Assembly: GCA_964640155.1 (NCBI GenBank)
Contig: CAZXEQ010000002.1
Location: 60,001-92,000 of the forward strand
Reading direction: 5' to 3'
DNA from: an uncultured bacterium
GTDB taxonomy: Bacteria > Auribacterota > JACPWU01
Length of the DNA: 32,000 nt
Every line of letters begins with the position of its first letter. The stretch's first letter is position 1. Below, one piece after another: positions 8,921 to 16,400 of this stretch. The notes beneath the pieces are model-generated. The model was not told where the DNA came from. It was given only the letters and a program-made list of their open reading frames with translations, and did not search any database. A program made the translations under genes and the position numbers.

Positions 8921-9889
8921 CTAAAGCTGATTAAGTTGAGAGCCTTTCTTATAAAAAAGCTCGTAATAACGTTTAAACCATTCGATCGTCTTAACAATGC
9001 CTTCTTCAAAAGAAATTTTTGATTTCCAGTTTAAATTTTTCTGTGCCTGATAGGAAGATCCAGACATCCTCCAAATTTCAGTAGGTCGATTGGGCAAAGC
9101 TCCTATCTTTAATTTAGAAGAAGAATTTGAAAGTTGATGAATCTTCCTAACCAAATCACAAATCGCAATTTCCTCCCCAGAGCATAAATTGATAACACCT
9201 CCATGTGCAGGTTTAGCTTCAGCAGCAGCTATGAATCCTTCTACAAGATTTTCTACATAATTAAACTCGCGCGTTTGCTTCCCTTCCGTTGTCTCAACAG
9301 GCACACCTTTAAGACATTTAATGATAATTTCAGGGATAACCGCTTTTTCACTTTGATAAGGGCCAAAAGCATTAAAAGCTCGTACACATACAATTTCTTT
9401 TCCGCTTTGTGTGCGTTTCATTCTTGAATAAAGTTCTCCAGCATATTTTCCAATCGCATACGGCGAAATCGGAGCTGGAAGAAAATCTTCTTTAAAAGGA
9501 ACTTCTTCCTGATATCCATAAACTTCGGAAGATGAGATATAAACAAAACGCCCATAATCTGGAGCAAACTCTAGAAGATTTGCCGTGGCTACTGTATTTG
9601 ACATTAATGCTTCATTAACATGTAGAAAACTATCCCCAACATGATTATAAGCCGCCAGATGAAAGATCACATCATAGCTTTGTCCATTGAATTGACGAAG
9701 AGAATCAATATTTTTTAAATCTGCCTCTATCGGAGTGATTTGATCCCATACCGAGCTTAAGCGAATATTATCATTAATGCTCTTATAGCGTACGACTACG
9801 GAGACATCCGCACCCTCAGAAATAAGGTGTTTTACCAAATGAGACCCGATAAAACCTGCACCTCCTGTTACTAAAAATCTTCTTTTCAC
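8921..9889 (-). CDS. NAD-dependent epimerase/dehydratase-family SDR (epimerase or decarboxylase-like)
   Basis: 322 aa with a GTG start preceded by GGAGGAG. Motifs are FLVTGGAGFIGSHL, SSSEVYG and YAIGK. Confidence 0.8.
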   Translation of the reverse strand: MKRRFLVTGGAGFIGSHLVKHLISEGADVSVVVRYKSINDNIRLSSVWDQITPIEADLKNIDSLRQFNGQSYDVIFHLAAYNHVGDSFLHVNEALMSNTVATANLLEFAPDYGRFVYISSSEVYGYQEEVPFKEDFLPAPISPYAIGKYAGELYSRMKRTQSGKEIVCVRAFNAFGPYQSEKAVIPEIIIKCLKGVPVETTEGKQTREFNYVENLVEGFIAAAEAKPAHGGVINLCSGEEIAICDLVRKIHQLSNSSSKLKIGALPNRPTEIWRMSGSSYQAQKNLNWKSKISFEEGIVKTIEWFKRYYELFYKKGSQLNQL

Positions 9890-10605
9890 TTCTCCTCCAT
9901 AGCAGTATAAAATTTTAGTCTTCTCTCCGCCTGCTTTAATTCATCTTGAGTATTGAAGGTTACTTGAAGACCCGAATAATAAAATGCCCCCAGCTTCTCC
10001 ATGCCCATCAAAATTTTATAAAAGGTTATGAGTCCTTCTCCATCAGGCAAATCAATCACTTTGGATGACACATAATCTAAAGCTGTATGACTAATCACAG
10101 CATACCCCATGTAATAATTAAGAATAGGCTTTTCCTTAAAAAATGTAACTTTATACTCGTGGTCAAATTCAACAAGACCAAAAGGACTCTCAATAGGTGC
10201 CACAACAATCGTAACTTCGTTTTTACTTTTATGATGAACATTTAGAAGTTTTTTTAGATTAAGATCTGCATAGGTATCACCGTAAGTCATAATCACTTCT
10301 GAACTAAAAAGGTCTCTTGCATGATGAATACGCTTTAAGATTCCAACATTTTCGCCTGCATCAGAAAACTCAATCCGAGCATTCCTATTAAAACGTTTCG
10401 CAGATTTTTGAATCATTTCCCCCTTATAGCCAGTACATAAAACAAAACGATCAAATCCTTGTTGAATATAATTCTCAAGTTTTCTCTTCAAAATCGTCTT
10501 GCCGTTCACTTTCAGAAGAGGCTTCGGGAGCCCTTCACCTACCTTACCCAAACGTCGCCCTCTGCCTCCACACATGATAAGTATCTTTGGCAAACCTGAT
10601 TTCAC
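9886..10605 (-). CDS. sugar-1-phosphate nucleotidylyltransferase
   Basis: 239 aa with a GTG start and GGAG upstream. ILIMCGGRGRRLG...LPKPLL is the nucleotidyltransferase signature, and CTGYKG is also present. It overlaps the downstream SDR by 4 nt. Confidence 0.75.
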   Translation of the reverse strand: MKSGLPKILIMCGGRGRRLGKVGEGLPKPLLKVNGKTILKRKLENYIQQGFDRFVLCTGYKGEMIQKSAKRFNRNARIEFSDAGENVGILKRIHHARDLFSSEVIMTYGDTYADLNLKKLLNVHHKSKNEVTIVVAPIESPFGLVEFDHEYKVTFFKEKPILNYYMGYAVISHTALDYVSSKVIDLPDGEGLITFYKILMGMEKLGAFYYSGLQVTFNTQDELKQAERRLKFYTAMEEK

Positions 10606-10633
10606 TCTTCACTCCATTGTTAAATTTAAACGT

Positions 10634-13393
10634 CTAATGATCATTGCGAGAAATTTGAGAGAAAGCACATTTCAATATTAAAAATGAAACTAAAAAAATG
10701 TAAGTTAACATCCCTAAATAAGTAATTATATGGCTCGATTTTAAGTGATTAAATTGAATTTGTTGAGCAAAAAATATTCCTAAATTTTTACCCATTATAA
10801 GATTAAAAACTACATATTGGGCAAGGGTTAAGAATAACATTATTCTTCGAAGAGGAATCCTTTTTATCGATGCAATGTAGGAGATGCAGAACGCTAATGT
10901 TATGGGGATTAAAAGGTAATAACCAAACATAACAAGTTCAGAATATTGTGTGTTTGGTAATGCAAGAATAATGCATGGAAAGAAGGCCAATAGAAATAAG
11001 ACTTTATGCTTGTTAAAAGAACTCATTACTCCCAAGAAAAATATGATAAATAACAAGGGAGAAAGAGTTAAGAATAATCCAAGATTATTCTTAAGCAAAA
11101 TTGAAGGAAGAACTGGGAGGAATATCCCAATTAACCTCAGGAAGAGATGAGTTTTGGAAACAGTGTGATCTAGGATAAGACCAGCGTAAGAACTTTCTAC
11201 TAGAGGGAGTGAAAATTTATAATGATAATAAAGCCAAAAGAGTAGCCAAGGAATACTGACACAGAAGAAAACTCCGAAACTAACAAACATCCATTTTAAA
11301 GATCGAAATTTTAGCGCAATGTAAATGAACAAAGATATCAAGTAGACAACGGCCACTGCGGGATGAATTAAAAAACTAATTGCCGCAATAAAACCTAATA
11401 GAAAATTAGTTTTTAGATTCTGTATCCCTCTCTTCTCAATAAGAAGAAGTATTAAGAATATAGGAAAGAGAGCACAGTATTTGTAATAAACTTCAAAACT
11501 TAAGGGAAGAAAAAAAAAGAAAAAGTTGAGCAGAATAGTATAAATGGTTAGTTGGGCAGTGAGCTTATTAAAAATTCTTTTGATGACAGTGTAGATGGGC
11601 AAAAGAAAAAGCCCCCCTAGGAGGGTTAGCAATTTTTGATATATAAAATGACTCTCTCCAAAAACATGAAGAAAGGGAACTGTCAACAACGGGAGTAGTG
11701 GCGTTCTTCTGAAAACGGCAAAACGATCTCCTAGAAATTCTTGCATATACGTGGAGGCAGGATCTAAATGATGCAGAAATACTTTGGCAATTCGCCAAGG
11801 GAATAAATTATCAGCGTGATACCCATAATAAGGCATCGGAGGAATGGTTACAGTGTCTAAGTAACTTTCAATATAAGGCAATGAAAACATCAAATCTCGA
11901 TGATGTTGATACAAAATGCTAAAAACTAAAAATAAAGGAAAAACGATTAATAATGCACGGTCTTGTTGTATGACCTTCTTCCACCACCCTTTGTACAAAA
12001 AGACTAAAAAACCTACGATGCTCATCAGCAAGATAAGATTATAGATGCCTAGTATTTTACTGATTAACCCTCCTAAACTCATAATCACATACAAAATGAT
12101 GCTAAAGAAAAAGCTAAATACAAACTTATCTTCTTCATCCAATATCCTCTCTGAAAAGGCTTGTGCAATGCAATATCCGGGGAAAAAGAGCATGATTAAA
12201 AAAAGAAAGGTGTATAGAAATGATGCTGGTAATGATTTGTTGTATTGTTTGAGATAGTGTACCATCCCCTTTAAAAGTGATACTTTCTCTCTCTCATATA
12301 AATAGACTTCTCCCACTTGGACCATGTGATCTAAAAAGGCCTTTGTAAATTCAATCTTGACCTGTGTTGGTTGATATTTCGGATTGATGTAATGCGTTAC
12401 TAGCGGTTCTCGATTATCCTTCCCTTCTCCTATGCTTATCCACTCTCCATTACATAATATCTCTATTCTGTACTCTGTCGCATGATACGATGTCGCACGA
12501 TGCAAATCTCCCCAAAAAAATATTCCCACTTTCCCAATCGGCCTTGGTTTCTCAAAATCAAACACTATTACCGCTTCATGCAGAGGATTATCTGGAATGG
12601 CCACTGGCCTCATCGTCAAAGGACTTCCATCTATAATATTCTTTGCCTTCTTGGCACTTTCACATACCACCTTAGCTTCATTTGCAATATTATGATATCG
12701 ATACCTCAATCGATTATTAATCCATCTCCCCTTCGATCCCTCTTTCCAAGTATTTTCTCTCGTTCTCTGAATCCCTTCCCACAGCATCCCCACCAAAGAC
12801 TGCTTCTTCCATACCTTTATTCCCCATTGTTCAACCAATATCCCATTATCCTCGGTCCGGCAAGCTCCTGAGAATCTTATATATAGCTTGTCCTTTAAAT
12901 ATTTACCCGGAATCGGAAGATCATGCTTTCCTTCAAACCATTCCTCTTTCTTTTCTTCTTCATCTTTCTCTAATCTCCAATCTATACCCTCCTCTACCAA
13001 TGTCTTCCAACACTTTTGATCTGAAGAAACAGACACCTTTACATACCCATTGTTCCCACATCTCTTTGTGAAAACATGTAATTTCCCTGTCTTAAATCCT
13101 TTGGGAAGCTCATACCCATAAATTATTTCTGTCTCTTCAGCTTTTCCTGGTGAAAACTTATCTCCTAGCGTTTTCCAACCTCGATTAACAAGTGCCAATG
13201 CAGTTTGATCCACTTTCTTCTCTTCAAATCCTTGAAAGAGTATCTTTGACTGTAACGGATTCCAGTCCCCTCCCCCATACATAAATTCACATCCTACGTC
13301 TTTATACAAAATGGGAAGAAATAAACCTGCGAGAATGAGAAAAATAAAGAAGATTAATTTGATAAGAGGGTATGCTGTTTTAGATAAAGTCAT
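10634..13393 (-). CDS. large polytopic membrane protein, tandem copy A: signal-anchor, ~200-aa unassigned domain, discoidin (F5/8 type C)-like domain, multi-TM GT-C/YfhO-like module
   Basis: 919-aa ORF.
- N-terminal hydrophobic helix: LIKLIFFIFLILAGLFLPIL.
- Soluble region: YKDVGCEFMYGGGDW....
- Discoidin-like segment, roughly 12290..12631: FDFEKPRPIGKVGIFFWGD...YHATEYRIEILCNGEW...VKIEFTKAF...VGEVYLYE.
- About a dozen hydrophobic segments by eye, with a conserved long loop: HHRDLMFSLPYIESYLDTVTIPPMPYYGYHADN...FRRTPLLP.
The coding call is strong; the functional call is inference. Confidence 0.85.
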   Translation of the reverse strand: MTLSKTAYPLIKLIFFIFLILAGLFLPILYKDVGCEFMYGGGDWNPLQSKILFQGFEEKKVDQTALALVNRGWKTLGDKFSPGKAEETEIIYGYELPKGFKTGKLHVFTKRCGNNGYVKVSVSSDQKCWKTLVEEGIDWRLEKDEEEKKEEWFEGKHDLPIPGKYLKDKLYIRFSGACRTEDNGILVEQWGIKVWKKQSLVGMLWEGIQRTRENTWKEGSKGRWINNRLRYRYHNIANEAKVVCESAKKAKNIIDGSPLTMRPVAIPDNPLHEAVIVFDFEKPRPIGKVGIFFWGDLHRATSYHATEYRIEILCNGEWISIGEGKDNREPLVTHYINPKYQPTQVKIEFTKAFLDHMVQVGEVYLYEREKVSLLKGMVHYLKQYNKSLPASFLYTFLFLIMLFFPGYCIAQAFSERILDEEDKFVFSFFFSIILYVIMSLGGLISKILGIYNLILLMSIVGFLVFLYKGWWKKVIQQDRALLIVFPLFLVFSILYQHHRDLMFSLPYIESYLDTVTIPPMPYYGYHADNLFPWRIAKVFLHHLDPASTYMQEFLGDRFAVFRRTPLLPLLTVPFLHVFGESHFIYQKLLTLLGGLFLLPIYTVIKRIFNKLTAQLTIYTILLNFFFFFLPLSFEVYYKYCALFPIFLILLLIEKRGIQNLKTNFLLGFIAAISFLIHPAVAVVYLISLFIYIALKFRSLKWMFVSFGVFFCVSIPWLLFWLYYHYKFSLPLVESSYAGLILDHTVSKTHLFLRLIGIFLPVLPSILLKNNLGLFLTLSPLLFIIFFLGVMSSFNKHKVLFLLAFFPCIILALPNTQYSELVMFGYYLLIPITLAFCISYIASIKRIPLRRIMLFLTLAQYVVFNLIMGKNLGIFFAQQIQFNHLKSSHIITYLGMLTYIFLVSFLILKCAFSQISRNDH
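10765..13243. repeat. identical core of tandem direct repeat, copy A (partner 13707..16185, period 2942 bp)
   Basis: Every line I compared by eye is identical at an offset of 2942. Examples are 10765 vs 13707, 11161 vs 14103, 12001 vs 14943 and 12901 vs 15843. Four antisense ORFs recur with identical proteins at the same offset. Identity breaks at 10764/13706 (t vs g) and at 13244/16186 (c vs t). Confidence 0.9.
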
Positions 13394-13406
13394 AATAATT
13401 TGGCGT

Positions 13407-13435
13407 ATTTTAGCCTTTTTCTTTTTTTATTTACA
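13407..13435 (-). promoter_or_regulatory. candidate promoter of copy A (TGTAAA-17-TAAAAT)
   Basis: The minus strand reads ...TGTAAATAAAAAAAGAAAAAGGCTAAAATacgccaaattattATG. The -10 is good, the -35 is weak, there is no SD, and only 13 nt separate the -10 from the ATG, so the mRNA would be near-leaderless. The same arrangement is conserved upstream of copy B. Confidence 0.3.
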
Positions 13436-13560
13436 GTCTTTTTAGAGAAGGGGACAAAGAGGGGAGACAAAAATGAGGGGAAACCGTTTTATTCCATAAC
13501 CGTTACATTATTGTATTATAAGTATTTTTGATAACCCTGATTTCATCCTTCACTTCTTTT

Positions 13561-16335
13561 CTAAAAAACACGTCTTAAATTCTCATTTTGAAGATTTTGA
13601 GAGAAAGCACATCGCGCTATTAAGAATGAGACTAAAAATACATAAATCAACATCCCAAAATAAGTAACGATATGATCTGACTTCAAATAGATTAATTGAA
13701 TTTGTGGAGCAAAAAATATTCCTAAATTTTTACCCATTATAAGATTAAAAACTACATATTGGGCAAGGGTTAAGAATAACATTATTCTTCGAAGAGGAAT
13801 CCTTTTTATCGATGCAATGTAGGAGATGCAGAACGCTAATGTTATGGGGATTAAAAGGTAATAACCAAACATAACAAGTTCAGAATATTGTGTGTTTGGT
13901 AATGCAAGAATAATGCATGGAAAGAAGGCCAATAGAAATAAGACTTTATGCTTGTTAAAAGAACTCATTACTCCCAAGAAAAATATGATAAATAACAAGG
14001 GAGAAAGAGTTAAGAATAATCCAAGATTATTCTTAAGCAAAATTGAAGGAAGAACTGGGAGGAATATCCCAATTAACCTCAGGAAGAGATGAGTTTTGGA
14101 AACAGTGTGATCTAGGATAAGACCAGCGTAAGAACTTTCTACTAGAGGGAGTGAAAATTTATAATGATAATAAAGCCAAAAGAGTAGCCAAGGAATACTG
14201 ACACAGAAGAAAACTCCGAAACTAACAAACATCCATTTTAAAGATCGAAATTTTAGCGCAATGTAAATGAACAAAGATATCAAGTAGACAACGGCCACTG
14301 CGGGATGAATTAAAAAACTAATTGCCGCAATAAAACCTAATAGAAAATTAGTTTTTAGATTCTGTATCCCTCTCTTCTCAATAAGAAGAAGTATTAAGAA
14401 TATAGGAAAGAGAGCACAGTATTTGTAATAAACTTCAAAACTTAAGGGAAGAAAAAAAAAGAAAAAGTTGAGCAGAATAGTATAAATGGTTAGTTGGGCA
14501 GTGAGCTTATTAAAAATTCTTTTGATGACAGTGTAGATGGGCAAAAGAAAAAGCCCCCCTAGGAGGGTTAGCAATTTTTGATATATAAAATGACTCTCTC
14601 CAAAAACATGAAGAAAGGGAACTGTCAACAACGGGAGTAGTGGCGTTCTTCTGAAAACGGCAAAACGATCTCCTAGAAATTCTTGCATATACGTGGAGGC
14701 AGGATCTAAATGATGCAGAAATACTTTGGCAATTCGCCAAGGGAATAAATTATCAGCGTGATACCCATAATAAGGCATCGGAGGAATGGTTACAGTGTCT
14801 AAGTAACTTTCAATATAAGGCAATGAAAACATCAAATCTCGATGATGTTGATACAAAATGCTAAAAACTAAAAATAAAGGAAAAACGATTAATAATGCAC
14901 GGTCTTGTTGTATGACCTTCTTCCACCACCCTTTGTACAAAAAGACTAAAAAACCTACGATGCTCATCAGCAAGATAAGATTATAGATGCCTAGTATTTT
15001 ACTGATTAACCCTCCTAAACTCATAATCACATACAAAATGATGCTAAAGAAAAAGCTAAATACAAACTTATCTTCTTCATCCAATATCCTCTCTGAAAAG
15101 GCTTGTGCAATGCAATATCCGGGGAAAAAGAGCATGATTAAAAAAAGAAAGGTGTATAGAAATGATGCTGGTAATGATTTGTTGTATTGTTTGAGATAGT
15201 GTACCATCCCCTTTAAAAGTGATACTTTCTCTCTCTCATATAAATAGACTTCTCCCACTTGGACCATGTGATCTAAAAAGGCCTTTGTAAATTCAATCTT
15301 GACCTGTGTTGGTTGATATTTCGGATTGATGTAATGCGTTACTAGCGGTTCTCGATTATCCTTCCCTTCTCCTATGCTTATCCACTCTCCATTACATAAT
15401 ATCTCTATTCTGTACTCTGTCGCATGATACGATGTCGCACGATGCAAATCTCCCCAAAAAAATATTCCCACTTTCCCAATCGGCCTTGGTTTCTCAAAAT
15501 CAAACACTATTACCGCTTCATGCAGAGGATTATCTGGAATGGCCACTGGCCTCATCGTCAAAGGACTTCCATCTATAATATTCTTTGCCTTCTTGGCACT
15601 TTCACATACCACCTTAGCTTCATTTGCAATATTATGATATCGATACCTCAATCGATTATTAATCCATCTCCCCTTCGATCCCTCTTTCCAAGTATTTTCT
15701 CTCGTTCTCTGAATCCCTTCCCACAGCATCCCCACCAAAGACTGCTTCTTCCATACCTTTATTCCCCATTGTTCAACCAATATCCCATTATCCTCGGTCC
15801 GGCAAGCTCCTGAGAATCTTATATATAGCTTGTCCTTTAAATATTTACCCGGAATCGGAAGATCATGCTTTCCTTCAAACCATTCCTCTTTCTTTTCTTC
15901 TTCATCTTTCTCTAATCTCCAATCTATACCCTCCTCTACCAATGTCTTCCAACACTTTTGATCTGAAGAAACAGACACCTTTACATACCCATTGTTCCCA
16001 CATCTCTTTGTGAAAACATGTAATTTCCCTGTCTTAAATCCTTTGGGAAGCTCATACCCATAAATTATTTCTGTCTCTTCAGCTTTTCCTGGTGAAAACT
16101 TATCTCCTAGCGTTTTCCAACCTCGATTAACAAGTGCCAATGCAGTTTGATCCACTTTCTTCTCTTCAAATCCTTGAAAGAGTATTTTAGAATGTTCAGG
16201 TCTCCAATCTCCTCCCCCATACATAAATTCACATCCTACATCTTTATACAAAATGGGAAAAAATAGACCTGCGAGAATAAAGAAAAGAAAGAAAATTAAT
16301 TTGATAAGGATCTGAGGTTTTTTAGTTGGGGTCAT
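13561..16335 (-). CDS. large polytopic membrane protein, tandem copy B (same architecture as copy A)
   Basis: 924-aa ORF. In the ORF track, its protein is identical to copy A from residue ~51 to ~876. It differs only in the first ~50 and last ~45 residues. Confidence 0.85.
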   Translation of the reverse strand: MTPTKKPQILIKLIFFLFFILAGLFFPILYKDVGCEFMYGGGDWRPEHSKILFQGFEEKKVDQTALALVNRGWKTLGDKFSPGKAEETEIIYGYELPKGFKTGKLHVFTKRCGNNGYVKVSVSSDQKCWKTLVEEGIDWRLEKDEEEKKEEWFEGKHDLPIPGKYLKDKLYIRFSGACRTEDNGILVEQWGIKVWKKQSLVGMLWEGIQRTRENTWKEGSKGRWINNRLRYRYHNIANEAKVVCESAKKAKNIIDGSPLTMRPVAIPDNPLHEAVIVFDFEKPRPIGKVGIFFWGDLHRATSYHATEYRIEILCNGEWISIGEGKDNREPLVTHYINPKYQPTQVKIEFTKAFLDHMVQVGEVYLYEREKVSLLKGMVHYLKQYNKSLPASFLYTFLFLIMLFFPGYCIAQAFSERILDEEDKFVFSFFFSIILYVIMSLGGLISKILGIYNLILLMSIVGFLVFLYKGWWKKVIQQDRALLIVFPLFLVFSILYQHHRDLMFSLPYIESYLDTVTIPPMPYYGYHADNLFPWRIAKVFLHHLDPASTYMQEFLGDRFAVFRRTPLLPLLTVPFLHVFGESHFIYQKLLTLLGGLFLLPIYTVIKRIFNKLTAQLTIYTILLNFFFFFLPLSFEVYYKYCALFPIFLILLLIEKRGIQNLKTNFLLGFIAAISFLIHPAVAVVYLISLFIYIALKFRSLKWMFVSFGVFFCVSIPWLLFWLYYHYKFSLPLVESSYAGLILDHTVSKTHLFLRLIGIFLPVLPSILLKNNLGLFLTLSPLLFIIFFLGVMSSFNKHKVLFLLAFFPCIILALPNTQYSELVMFGYYLLIPITLAFCISYIASIKRIPLRRIMLFLTLAQYVVFNLIMGKNLGIFFAPQIQLIYLKSDHIVTYFGMLIYVFLVSFLIARCAFSQNLQNENLRRVF
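13707..16185. repeat. identical core of tandem direct repeat, copy B
   Basis: See copy A. The flanks beyond the core (13561..13706 and 16186..16400) are homologous to copy A's flanks but clearly diverged, with substitutions and indels. Confidence 0.9.
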
Positions 16336-16347
16336 AAAATTGGGTGT

Positions 16348-16376
16348 ATTCTATCTTTTTTCTCTTTTTATTTACA
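16348..16376 (-). promoter_or_regulatory. candidate promoter of copy B (TGTAAA-17-TAGAAT)
   Basis: The minus strand reads ...TGTAAATAAAAAGAGAAAAAAGATAGAATacacccaattttATG. It is homologous to the copy A upstream region, has no SD, and has 12 nt between the -10 and the ATG. Confidence 0.3.
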
Positions 16377-16400
16377 CTTTTTAGAGAATGGGGGGGAGTT

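Noticed and set aside
11510-11518. A9 homopolymer inside copy A, repeated at 14452..14460 in copy B, and an A/T9 run at about 8784..8792. These are candidate slipped-strand phase-variation tracts.
   Set aside because: The genome is very AT-rich, and such runs encode Phe or Lys stretches (e.g. NFFFFFLPL) as expected by composition. There is no evidence of length heterogeneity. The G7 run at 16390..16396 is compositionally more unusual but is intergenic and only weakly positioned relative to the putative promoter.
13489-13560. Possible relic of the giant gene's 3' end upstream of copy A. The string ttattccataacc at 13489 resembles ttattctgtaatc at 16401.
   Set aside because: Similarity fades after about 12 nt and could be chance in AT-rich sequence. 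It needs a proper alignment.
10950-15813. Plus-strand ORFs of 66-129 aa recurring at an offset of 2942 (10950..11150/13892..14092, 12045..12257/14987..15199, 12482..12871/15424..15813). The minus-strand ORFs 11568..11798 and 14510..14740 recur the same way.
   Set aside because: They are shadow or out-of-frame ORFs inside the two long membrane-protein genes, with low-complexity, motif-free translations. Their duplication only reflects the DNA repeat.
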